Shown piece after piece: positions 7,179 to 15,645 of a stretch of DNA of 48,777 nt. Every line of letters starts with the position of its first letter. Within the stretch, counting starts at the first letter, position 1. The position numbers and the translations under genes were made by a program. Under the pieces are notes generated by a model that saw only the letters and a list, made by a program, of their open reading frames with translations, did no database searches and had not been told where the DNA came from. The DNA is from Methanoregulaceae archaeon (GTDB taxonomy: Archaea > Halobacteriota > Methanomicrobia > Methanomicrobiales > Methanospirillaceae), in contig JAJRBS010000171.1 in NCBI GenBank assembly GCA_028679325.1, positions 1-48,777 of the forward strand, read 5' to 3'.

Positions 7179-9716
7179 TTAGTAATCCTCGAAGACTTCG
7201 TAGTGCCCTGATTCTATTCTCATGGAGTGATAGAGGTCAAGCGCAGCTATCACCTCTTCTATACTCGGGTACCGGTCATTCGGATTCTTCTCGAGACATT
7301 TCCTGGTGATATGATCGAGAGGAAAGGCAAAGGGGTTCAGGAGGGAGGGATCATGAGGTTCATCGGAGATGATCCTCGCGCTCACCTGGTTGATGTCCCC
7401 TCCGGAGAAAGGCAGTTCTCCGGTGAGAAGCTCGTAGAAGACAACACCGAGCTGGTATATATCGGTCCTCTGGTCTGTCTCTCCAAATTTCCCGGGCGAG
7501 ATCTGTTCAGGTGCCGCATAGGAGAGGGAGAACCCGGTAATGGTGGGGAGCAGGCATGCTCCCATCACCTTGCTCATTCCCCAGTCTGTGATCTTCGGGA
7601 CTCCTTCGGGGGTCATCAGGATGTTCTGGGGCTTGATGTCACGGTGGATGATTCCCTGGGAGTGGGCATAGGACAGCCCGGAAGCGATCCCCCTGATGAT
7701 CCTGGCTGCTTCATCGGGTTGCACCGGTTTCTTCAGGTCGGCGAGCGATCGCCCGATATACTCCATCTCGATGTAGGGGACGGGCAGGATATTTGCCTCC
7801 CTTATGGATACGATATTCTCGTGCCTCAGGTCTTCCCATGCTTTTATCTCCTTCATGAAACACTTGCCGGCCGTATCATTGAAATGGACCGGGATCTTGA
7901 GCGCCACCTCTTCACCGGTCGCTGCCTTCTCTGCCTTGAAGACCCGGGCGATACCTCCCATACCGATCAGTTGCGGGACGGTGTACCTGTCGCAGAGTTC
8001 TTGCGGAAAACTGTCCGGGACCGGGGCCGGCCTCCCTGGGACGATTGTCGCGTCAGGAGGTGGAGTCCCGGTCCCGGTATCACCGTGGGGACTTCCGGTG
8101 AATGGCAGCCCTGACAGGCCGAAGGCAAGGAATTCCCACCGGGCAGCAAGTCCGCCTGCCAGCGCTGAGGCGAAGGTGAGGGCGAGGGGGATCCTGACCT
8201 CGGGCGGACTCCCGATGAGGGCGAGAGCCGCGGAAAAAGCGCAGACCAGCGAGAAGAAGATGTGCCCGCCGAGTGTCCACCGCAGGGGGTGGGCGAGGAG
8301 CGCCCCGGCAAAGAGGACCAGGCTGGATACGATGAGGTAAACCGAGACCGGGAGGATGATGAAAGAGAACGGTGAGATTGGCTGTCCGTCAGCGGCGAGG
8401 CTGTTGAAGATGAAGAGCCCGGCAATCAGACCGCCGGCGATGAGGCCGTAGGCCGCGGTCAGGATCCCGCGTTCCCGGGCAGGGATGGTCAGGACCCCGG
8501 CCGGCCGGCGGAACAGGTCGATCACCACCAGCACGCTGCAGATACCTCCCATCACCGGGAGGAACGGGAAGCCCGGGAAGTTTCCAAATAGCGGCGGCAA
8601 CCCGGTTGTATTACCGGGAGGTGTCGTCGGAGCCGTTGTTACCGGGAGTGTCGTTGGCGGCGTGGTGCTGAATGGAGTTGTGGAGGTGGTTGGACGGGAT
8701 GTCCAGGGCCGGGTGGTAGCCGTGGTTGTGGGGATGGTGGTGCCGGTCGTGGTCTGGCCGGTCGTGATATTGGTGGTTGGTATGGTGGTGGTGACGGTTG
8801 TGGTCGGAATGGTGGTCGTAACCGTGGTCTGGCCGGTCGTGATATTGGTGGTTGGTATGGTGGTGGTAACGGTTGTGGTCGGAATGGTGGTCGTCACCGT
8901 CGTGGTCGGTTTGGTAGTCGTCGGTTTGGTAGTGGTGACGGTTGTGGTCGGAACGGTCGTCGGAATGGTGGTCGGGACAGTCGTATGAACGGTTGTTGGA
9001 ACAGTCGTCGGAATGGTAGTGGGGACAGTGGTGGGAACCGTGGTTGGTACGGTTGTCGGAACAGTCGTCGGAATGGTAGTGGGGACAGTGGTGGGAACTG
9101 TGGTTGGTACGGTCGTCGGAACAGTTGTCGGAATGGTGGTCGGGACGGTTGTTGGCACCGTTGTGGGAACGGTCGTTGTCGGAGTTACGACGGGGGGAAG
9201 GACCACCAGGGGGACAACAGTCTGGCCTCCCTCGTCCACCGTGACATCGATCTGCACCGTCTGGTACCCGGCCAGGACAAACCGCAGGGTATGGAGACCG
9301 ACACCGACATTCTCGATGGTCAGGCCGCCCTGGTCCGGGATGGTGCCCGAGAACTGATCGTCGAGGTATACCCTGGCGCCCGAGGGGTCCGAATCGACCT
9401 GCAGGGAGCCTGTCATCCTGGTGAACCGGGCATAGATCATATGGTCGTCGTGGACAGGGGGGAAGGTGTAGACGGGGATGGCACCGATCGAGGCTCCATC
9501 GACGACGACCGAACTTATCCGGAACCCGGTTGCCGGGGTGATGGAGAAGAGTGGGGTTTCGCCTGTCTGGACCGTCACCAGCCCCGAAGGATAGATGGAT
9601 CCCCCGTACCCTGCACCTGCATTGATGGTGAAGTCCTTGGCTTCGACAGACACCACAAGGAAGATCGAAGTAAAGAGCAGAACGATAAGAATGCCGGAAT
9701 ATCGTATCCCCGTCAT
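7179..9716 (-). CDS. receptor-like Hanks-type Ser/Thr protein kinase: signal peptide, beta-rich module, PEGA domain, ~200-aa Pro/Thr-rich linker, ~5 TM helices, cytoplasmic kinase domain
   Basis: 845 aa. The kinase subdomains are visible: GMGGIARVF (G-loop), VALKIP, HRDIKPQNIL, ITDWGMSK (a DWG variant of DFG), YAAPEQ. PEGA-like segment: GSLQVDSDPSGARVYLDDQF...LAGYQTVQIDVTV. N-terminal signal: ILIVLLFTSIFLVVSVEA. The TM count is by eye. Confidence 0.9.
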   Translation of the reverse strand: MTGIRYSGILIVLLFTSIFLVVSVEAKDFTINAGAGYGGSIYPSGLVTVQTGETPLFSITPATGFRISSVVVDGASIGAIPVYTFPPVHDDHMIYARFTRMTGSLQVDSDPSGARVYLDDQFSGTIPDQGGLTIENVGVGLHTLRFVLAGYQTVQIDVTVDEGGQTVVPLVVLPPVVTPTTTVPTTVPTTVPTTIPTTVPTTVPTTVPTTVPTTIPTTVPTTVPTTVPTTVPTTIPTTVPTTVHTTVPTTIPTTVPTTTVTTTKPTTTKPTTTVTTTIPTTTVTTTIPTTNITTGQTTVTTTIPTTTVTTTIPTTNITTGQTTTGTTIPTTTATTRPWTSRPTTSTTPFSTTPPTTLPVTTAPTTPPGNTTGLPPLFGNFPGFPFLPVMGGICSVLVVIDLFRRPAGVLTIPARERGILTAAYGLIAGGLIAGLFIFNSLAADGQPISPFSFIILPVSVYLIVSSLVLFAGALLAHPLRWTLGGHIFFSLVCAFSAALALIGSPPEVRIPLALTFASALAGGLAARWEFLAFGLSGLPFTGSPHGDTGTGTPPPDATIVPGRPAPVPDSFPQELCDRYTVPQLIGMGGIARVFKAEKAATGEEVALKIPVHFNDTAGKCFMKEIKAWEDLRHENIVSIREANILPVPYIEMEYIGRSLADLKKPVQPDEAARIIRGIASGLSYAHSQGIIHRDIKPQNILMTPEGVPKITDWGMSKVMGACLLPTITGFSLSYAAPEQISPGKFGETDQRTDIYQLGVVFYELLTGELPFSGGDINQVSARIISDEPHDPSLLNPFAFPLDHITRKCLEKNPNDRYPSIEEVIAALDLYHSMRIESGHYEVFEDY
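8751..8900. repeat. 75-bp tandem repeat x2 inside the kinase Pro/Thr linker
   Basis: 8751-8825 and 8826-8900 differ at 2 of 75 positions by my alignment. The unit encodes a 25-aa motif (TTVTTTIPTTTVTTTIPTTNITTGQ). Confidence 0.9.
9001..9120. repeat. 60-bp tandem repeat x2 (with degenerate flanking copies) inside the kinase Pro/Thr linker
   Basis: 9001-9060 and 9061-9120 differ at 2 of 60 positions. The unit encodes 20 aa of the TTVPTT[VI]P type. More diverged copies lie on both sides (about 8940-9190). Confidence 0.9.
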
Positions 9717-9738
9717 GTTTCCCGGTCCTGGTCGCTTT

Positions 9739-10527
9739 TCAGGAATTTTCAGGCAGGATCACCAGCAGGCGGGCACCCTTCGCCCCTTTTCCGAGCTCAA
9801 GGAGGTCTCCGTCATGCAGGACAGCCGGCTGCCGCTTGTAGAGCTCAGTGCTGTTCAGGTAGGATCCCCCGCTGCTCCCCCTGTCCTCGAAGTAGTAGTT
9901 TGGCCCCTCCTTCTTGAAGACACCGTGGGGTTTGGTGACGCGGGAGACTGATGAATATTCGGCTGAGAGCACGATGTCGGAGACCGGTTCCTGCCGGGAG
10001 GGAGCGAGGGTATCGATCCTTCCGATACGGGTCTCCAGGCTCTCGAGAATGAAGAGTTTCCCGTCATCAGAACCCCCGAGGATGATGACCATGGGATTAT
10101 TCCCGGCAATCTCGCTATCGACTGCCTCCCGCACCTCCTCGAGTTTCTTCTTCAGTTCTGCATCATTGATATTGATTCGCATATTGGAGAAAATGCCGAG
10201 GTTCCTGACCACTGCTTCCATGGCTCCCGGGACGAGCGAGTATTTCCAGACCGGGTGGACCCCCTTTGATGTCTGCTGGCCGAGTCCGACCTCTTTCCTG
10301 ATAAGGCCCATGGCGATCAGTTTGTCGAGATGTTTCTTGGTGTTCTCGTAGCTCGTGTTGATATCGGATGCTATCATCCGGACATCCTTGGGCTTTTTCT
10401 CAAGGATCTTCAGGATCTTCAGCCGCTGGCTGTTGGAGAGCACTTCGAGGTACTCCGAGAGCTCGTTGTAATAGTCGGGGACCTGATCGAGTACAATTGT
10501 GTGGGCTTCCTCGCGATGCTCTGCCAT
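9739..10527 (-). CDS. transcriptional regulator: ArsR-like winged-helix N-domain fused to a C-terminal FHA (phosphothreonine-binding) domain
   Basis: 262 aa. wHTH: LSNSQRLKILKILEKKPKDVRMIASDINTSYENTKKHLDKLIAMGLIRKE. FHA-like: FILESLETRIGRID...DIVLSAEYSSVSRVTKPHGVF...EDRGSSGGSYLNS...LHDGDLLELG. These correspond to the canonical GR / SR-H / GS-NG-N / GD-G positions. It ends 22 nt upstream of the kinase start. Confidence 0.75.
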   Translation of the reverse strand: MAEHREEAHTIVLDQVPDYYNELSEYLEVLSNSQRLKILKILEKKPKDVRMIASDINTSYENTKKHLDKLIAMGLIRKEVGLGQQTSKGVHPVWKYSLVPGAMEAVVRNLGIFSNMRININDAELKKKLEEVREAVDSEIAGNNPMVIILGGSDDGKLFILESLETRIGRIDTLAPSRQEPVSDIVLSAEYSSVSRVTKPHGVFKKEGPNYYFEDRGSSGGSYLNSTELYKRQPAVLHDGDLLELGKGAKGARLLVILPENS

Positions 10528-10604
10528 AACCGACTGCCTCCGGTTAAGGAAAGTTTGACCTTATGGAACAAAAACATTCTCCGAAAAGCGAGGTCATATA
10601 ATTG

Positions 10605-10616
10605 AACCTGCAGGTT
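10605..10616. promoter_or_regulatory. perfect 12-bp palindrome AACCTGCAGGTT next to a TATA-like element, upstream of the wHTH-FHA gene (candidate operator)
   Basis: Read directly from the sequence. It lies 78-89 nt upstream of the ATG at 10527. The minus-strand AATTATATGA (10593-10602) sits immediately downstream of it, toward the gene. Confidence 0.3.
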
Positions 10617-10774
10617 AAACACTTAAAATTGATTATTCCGGCTGCCTTTTCTTTCCCGGACCGCGCCGGCCGGGAATTCAGATACTCAAAAGCACGGATC
10701 GCCCGGCTGCGTCCTGCAATGGATAGCTCAGATCACATATCTACCGTTCGGAACAAGGTCAGGAAAAAAGGATT

Positions 10775-12394
10775 TCAGGAGAATGCCGATCCGATGCTGC
10801 CGAAATCCGGTGTCATCATCACCAGGACCACGGAAACATCCCCGTGGTGAACGGTTACCGTCCGGCTGCTGCTCCGGTACCCGGGCAGAGTGATGTTCAC
10901 GGCATGAGTCCCCGGAGGAACCGAAGTGATGAGTTTCGGTGTCATACCTCCGGAGATGTCATCGATGGACAGCGTACAACCGAACGGGACGGTATAGATG
11001 AAGAGCGCCCCGTTTGCCGGGTATCGCGTATCTGGTCCCGGGGTAGGAACTGCTGTCGGAGGTTGGGTCTCTGCTGCATCTTCTGACAGTTCGAGATTAA
11101 GCTTGGGGGTGACCGACACTCTACCCATCCCGATGTTCACCACCAGGGTCTGAGACAGGTAGCCTTGCCGCGACAGGGTTATTGTCTGCATCCCTGTGGG
11201 AACATTCTCAATGACCTCGTTCGACCTCCCCCATTCCTTTCCCTGAATCACGACTGTGGCCGTGGGGTCTGATACAACAAAAACTCCTCCGGTTCCTGCA
11301 GGTGAGGGAGAGGGTTCCGGGGTCGGTGTCGGACTGGTCGTGACAGGTGCAGTCGTTGGGACAGTAGTGGGAATCGTGGTCGCTGCAGTTGTCGGGACAG
11401 TCGTGGTTGCGGTTGTGGGGATTGTTGTCGGGACTGTTGTGGCAGCCGCTGTCGGGGTTGTCGTTGGGATAGTGGCAGGAATCGTTGTAGGTGCCGTGGT
11501 TGGAACGGTAGTGGCAGCGGTGGTCGGAGTTGTCGTGGGTATGGTGGTAGGGACAGTGGTGGCAGCGGTGGTCGGAGTTGTCGTGGGTATGGTGGTAGGG
11601 ACAGTGGTGGCGTCGGTAGTCGGAGTTGTCGTGGGTATGGTGGTAGGGACAGTGGTGGCAGCGGTGGTCGGAGTTGTTGTGGGTATGGTGGTAGGGACAA
11701 TGGTGGCAGCGGTGGTGGGGACGGTGGTCACCGGGGGATCCACGGGAGTGAGGACAACCGGGGGAACAACTGTCTGCCCCCCTTCATCTACGGTGACATC
11801 GAACTGCACCGTCTGGTACCCTGCCAGAATAAACCGCAGGGTATGGGGGCCGATAGGGATGTCCCCGATAGTCAGGCCGCCCTGGTCAGGGATGGTGTCC
11901 GCGAACTGGTCGTCAATGTAGATCCTGGCCCCGGCCGGATCAGATGCAACGTACAGCGATCCGGTCATCCGGACAAACCGGGCATAGATCATGTGGTCGT
12001 CACGGACCGGGGCAAAAGTATAGACCGGGACTGATCCCACCGGAGATCCATCGATGACCACCGAACTGATCCGGAATCCCTGGGAAGGGGTTATGGAAAA
12101 GAGGGGTGTATCCCCCGATTGCACGGTCACCAGACCCGAAGGCTGGATAGATCCGCCATATCCTGCCCCCGCATTGATCTGGTGGTCCTTCGCCCCGGAA
12201 ACCGCCGGAAGGAAGCTCGCCACCAGGATGACTGCAAGGAGCAGGGCCCGGAATTGTGTTCCCGGAAAAGGTCCGTTCCGGGGCTTCCCGGGGCTCTGGC
12301 GGCCGGACAGGACTCGTAAGTATGCTGTATGCTCGTGGAAAATGGAGAACCCGGCGGGTAGAATTCTCACCAATTTTTTTGGATGCGCTGCCAT
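10775..12394 (-). CDS. secreted or membrane-anchored surface protein: paralog of the kinase ectodomain, plus a Pro/Thr-rich linker and two further PEGA-like domains
   Basis: The hydrophobic signal/anchor FRALLLAVILVASFLPAVSGA is followed by KDHQINAGAGYGGSIQPSGLVTVQ...GSLYVASDPAGARIYIDDQF.... C-terminal PEGA-like segments: GGVFVVSDPTATVVIQGKEW... and NGALFIYTVPFGCTLSIDD...LPGYRSS. The start is uncertain: ATG at 12394, while the track ORF extends to 12463. Confidence 0.8.
   Translation of the reverse strand: MAAHPKKLVRILPAGFSIFHEHTAYLRVLSGRQSPGKPRNGPFPGTQFRALLLAVILVASFLPAVSGAKDHQINAGAGYGGSIQPSGLVTVQSGDTPLFSITPSQGFRISSVVIDGSPVGSVPVYTFAPVRDDHMIYARFVRMTGSLYVASDPAGARIYIDDQFADTIPDQGGLTIGDIPIGPHTLRFILAGYQTVQFDVTVDEGGQTVVPPVVLTPVDPPVTTVPTTAATIVPTTIPTTTPTTAATTVPTTIPTTTPTTDATTVPTTIPTTTPTTAATTVPTTIPTTTPTTAATTVPTTAPTTIPATIPTTTPTAAATTVPTTIPTTATTTVPTTAATTIPTTVPTTAPVTTSPTPTPEPSPSPAGTGGVFVVSDPTATVVIQGKEWGRSNEVIENVPTGMQTITLSRQGYLSQTLVVNIGMGRVSVTPKLNLELSEDAAETQPPTAVPTPGPDTRYPANGALFIYTVPFGCTLSIDDISGGMTPKLITSVPPGTHAVNITLPGYRSSSRTVTVHHGDVSVVLVMMTPDFGSIGSAFS
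11511..11702. repeat. 48-bp tandem repeat x4 inside the Pro/Thr linker of the surface protein
   Basis: Copies start at 11511, 11559, 11607 and 11655. Copies 1 and 2 are identical; copies 3 and 4 have 3 and 2 mismatches. The unit encodes 16 aa (TTPTTAATTVPTTIPT). Confidence 0.9.
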
Positions 12395-12529
12395 AGTGTC
12401 CAGACTCCCGTTAAGAAAAACAGAGCAATGGGATATAATTTCTGAAGGAGGGATGCAGATCATACAACGTCCAGGTTAGCTGAACGGCCCCCGTACCCTG
12501 GCTCCAAACCCTGCAGTTCGGACAACAGC

Positions 12530-13267
12530 TTGATAAACGAGGAACTCCCGTCTGAGGATGAACTGATGATTCCTTCCCGCCCCGATAGTGACCTGATCCG
12601 AAATGCACGGGCGATCCAGGACAGGTTAAGGGCACGATACAGCTGCGGGGTCAGGGGAAGAGAGATATCGGTCAAGATTATCGGCGGGGCGGATGCAGCC
12701 TATTCCGGAGACACCGGGATAGGGGTCATCGCTCTCCTCTCCTTCCGGGACCTTGAGCCGATCGGGCACGCCGTTGCGGTCCGGAAAGTCCTTTTCCCTT
12801 ACGTGCCCGGTCTCTTCGGTTTCCGGGAGGTTCCTCTCTACCTGGCTGCCTGCGAGAAGCTCGGTCTCCTGCCTGACCTCCTCTTCGTGAACGGGCACGG
12901 CTTCTCACACCCGCGGCGGTTCGGACTGGCGTGCCACACCGGGTCTCTCCTCGGTATCCCCACCATCGGCATGGCTTCCCGGCTTCTTTGCGGGAGGGCG
13001 GCCCTCCCCGGGCCTGAGCAGGGTTCCTCTACCGCCGTCACGGATAATGGTGAGACCATCGGGATGTCGGTCAGGACAAAGGCGGGATCAAAACCTGTCG
13101 TGATCTCGGCCGGATACCTGACCGATCTCCCATACGCGGTGGAGATGACCCTCGCCTGCCTGACCGGTAACCGCCTGCCGCAGCCGCTCCATGCCGCGGA
13201 TAAGCTCTCGCGATGGTACCTCGCTCTGTTGTCGAAGAATGCGTTCTACCCTTGTTATCGTTTTTAA
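12530..13267 (+). CDS. nfi: endonuclease V
   Basis: Motifs: GGADAAY, FPYVPGLFGFREVP, VNGHGFSHPRRFGLACHTG. The track start is a TTG at 12530. An alternative ATG is at 12566. Confidence 0.9.
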   Translation: MINEELPSEDELMIPSRPDSDLIRNARAIQDRLRARYSCGVRGREISVKIIGGADAAYSGDTGIGVIALLSFRDLEPIGHAVAVRKVLFPYVPGLFGFREVPLYLAACEKLGLLPDLLFVNGHGFSHPRRFGLACHTGSLLGIPTIGMASRLLCGRAALPGPEQGSSTAVTDNGETIGMSVRTKAGSKPVVISAGYLTDLPYAVEMTLACLTGNRLPQPLHAADKLSRWYLALLSKNAFYPCYRF

Positions 13268-13340
13268 AAACAACGATTTCGATAGATATATTCAGTTCTG
13301 TCTCCATTAATCGTGGTTATATCCCCCATTGGAAGCTTGC

Positions 13341-14456
13341 ATGGTGTCCGAACTCGTTGTTATCGCCGGCCTCCTGGTCGTCTTCGCCGCCATCCTCACC
13401 GGGCCTTTCCGGGTGCCCGCTGTCGAGCATAACCTCGAGGTCTTCCTGCTCATCGCCGGTATCGTCGCCCTCACCCTGTCCGGGCTGGTCGTTATCCCGG
13501 GCGTCGAGACCGGCTGGTCGCTTGAGATAATGGAAGAGGCGCTCACCGCCCCCCTCTATATCACTGATATCTTCGGCATACCCATCGGGATCGTGCAGGT
13601 GGTCCTCCTGGTAGGATTGATCCTCTATGTCTGGCATGCTCCGATCCAACGGGGTATCGCAATGATGGTCTCCCACCTGTCGCTGAACATCATGATCTTC
13701 TCCCTGATAGTGGTTCTCGGGCTCGTATCGAGCATCATCTCCGCTATCATCGCCTCCATCATCCTAGTAGAGGTTCTCTGTGCCCTCCCCCTCCAGCGGA
13801 AGGCGCAGGTGGCTGCCACAGTCGCAGCCTGTTTCTCGATTGGCCTTGGGGCGGTCCTCACCCCCCTCGGTGAACCTCTCTCGACCATCGTCGTCTCGAA
13901 GCTTGCCGGACCGCCCCATTTCGCAGACTTCTTCTACCTCTTCGATCTTCTTGCCGTCTATATAATTCCCGGGGTGGTAGCCTTCGGGATTATCGGGGTC
14001 GTGATCACCAGAAAGTTCAACGAGGGAGCTGATGCGACGACATGTGAGGTCAGGCGCGAATCGATCCGTGAGGTCCTGCTCCGTGCAGTCAGGGTCTATA
14101 TCTTCATTGTAGCCCTGGTGCTCCTCGGGGAAGGGTTCAAGCCTCTCATCCTGAACTATGTCATCTACATCCCATCGGAGGGCCTGTACTGGGTAAACAC
14201 CGTCTCGGCGGTGCTCGACAACGCCACCCTGGCCGCAGCCGAGGTAGGCCCCGCGCTTTCCGATCTCCAGATCAAAGCCGTGCTGATGTCCCTCCTTGTC
14301 GCTGGTGGGATGCTCATCCCGGGGAATATCCCAAATATCATCGCAGCAGGAAAACTGAAGATAACCAGCAGGGAATGGGCAGGATTGGGAATTATTCTCG
14401 GGATCCCGGCCCTTCTCATCTACTTCGCCGCGGTATTTCTTCCGGTGTACCTGTGA
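13341..14456 (+). CDS. polytopic membrane protein, putative ion transporter (ion-transporter-superfamily-like; from memory it resembles DUF1646 predicted cation transporters)
   Basis: About 10 hydrophobic segments, with motifs SAVLDNATLAAAE and GNIPNIIAAG. ATG at 13341; the track starts at a TTG at 13329. Confidence 0.6.
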   Translation: MVSELVVIAGLLVVFAAILTGPFRVPAVEHNLEVFLLIAGIVALTLSGLVVIPGVETGWSLEIMEEALTAPLYITDIFGIPIGIVQVVLLVGLILYVWHAPIQRGIAMMVSHLSLNIMIFSLIVVLGLVSSIISAIIASIILVEVLCALPLQRKAQVAATVAACFSIGLGAVLTPLGEPLSTIVVSKLAGPPHFADFFYLFDLLAVYIIPGVVAFGIIGVVITRKFNEGADATTCEVRRESIREVLLRAVRVYIFIVALVLLGEGFKPLILNYVIYIPSEGLYWVNTVSAVLDNATLAAAEVGPALSDLQIKAVLMSLLVAGGMLIPGNIPNIIAAGKLKITSREWAGLGIILGIPALLIYFAAVFLPVYL

Positions 14457-14527
14457 AGGTGCGAGACGTGGTCGTGAGTCATGCCCCGGGTGACTGGGCG
14501 AAAAGAACGATATCCCGTATCATCCTT

Positions 14528-15391
14528 TCAGGAGCTCTGGCCGGCAATGAGCACAGGTCTCTTCGCCCGTTTCGCCACCATGTATGCCGTGCTCCCGAGG
14601 ACCATCTCCCGGACGCGGCCATGCCCGTGCCTCCCCATGACGATCAACGAGACATCTTCATTCTCGGCTAGATGGATGATCTCATCTGTCGGGCTTCCCA
14701 GGTGCACCACAACCTCTGCCTCTTTCCCGGCCCTCTTCAAGCCTTCGGCGATTGCCTCCAGCCGGTGCTGTGCAGTCTCCATCGAGATGTCGATCTCCTC
14801 TTTTGTCTCCCCGCGGGTGACGACGTGCAGGAGGATCACCTTCCCCAGACCTTCGAGACCTTCAAGGATCGGCACGACCGCTGAGGCGTGATCTGAAAAA
14901 TCTGTCGGGAAGAGGATTTTTGAAAATATCCCTGGGCACAATTTCTCATATTTCGGCCCCTTGGGCAACTCCACCACCCGGTTCCGGATGATCAGGACAC
15001 CTCCCCTGGTCCCCTGCAATACCCCCTTTGAGACACTTCCGAGGAGTACCCTGCTGACGAGCCCTTTTCCCCTGGCGCCGGTGACAATGAGGGAAACCTC
15101 CTCCTCTTTTGCTACCCTTACAATGGTCTCTGCAACATCTCCTGTGGTGATGACCTCTACCCGGACCCGTGAGTCGATCCCGGACAGAAGGAGATGTTTC
15201 TTCTGATTTTCAAGTTCTTTCTCGGAGTCTTTGATGGCGTTATCAAAAACCCACCCTCTCTTGGAGGGGTGGGTGGCATCGACGACATTGAGAAGGATCA
15301 CCTCATGTACACCAGGCATTTCGGAGACACATTCCAGACTGGCAGAAGAATAGGGGGAGAGGTCCGTGGCAAACAACACCTTTGAGAACAT
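14528..15391 (-). CDS. tandem universal stress protein (two UspA domains)
   Basis: Two repeats of the pattern [KILFxTDxS...ILLxVV...SLIVxGxxGxGxxxxxxLGSxxxxV]. I chose the internal ATG at 15391 (MFSKVLFATDLS). Confidence 0.85.
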   Translation of the reverse strand: MFSKVLFATDLSPYSSASLECVSEMPGVHEVILLNVVDATHPSKRGWVFDNAIKDSEKELENQKKHLLLSGIDSRVRVEVITTGDVAETIVRVAKEEEVSLIVTGARGKGLVSRVLLGSVSKGVLQGTRGGVLIIRNRVVELPKGPKYEKLCPGIFSKILFPTDFSDHASAVVPILEGLEGLGKVILLHVVTRGETKEEIDISMETAQHRLEAIAEGLKRAGKEAEVVVHLGSPTDEIIHLAENEDVSLIVMGRHGHGRVREMVLGSTAYMVAKRAKRPVLIAGQSS

Positions 15392-15645
15392 GCGGCAACC
15401 TGATGACATATCTGCATCTCTTGAATTCAAATTTGTCCTCTTTTCCCGGAAAGGAAAAATACAGAGTGAAGATAAAAAATTTCATGATTAATCATTACAA
15501 AAATTAAAAGCAGTATTTTTTAAAACAGAGCAATTATTGAGTATATTTTGAGAAAAATCCGTCCTTTACGGGTTTCTGCCATCAATGTTTTTTTATAGGG
15601 GGAACGACAATTGTCCAATGCCTGTAAAGGCGGATGGAATTCGGC

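Noticed and set aside
8485-9357. Track ORFs 8485..8988(+) and 9013..9357(+) encode long VVG/VVT-repeat peptides. Similar ORFs lie at 11256..11921(+) and 11248..11700(-).
   Set aside because: They are the antisense or off-frame readings of the Pro/Thr-repeat coding DNA. The minus-strand frame forms continuous proteins with a signal peptide, PEGA domains and a kinase domain. The repeat periodicity alone keeps the other frames open.
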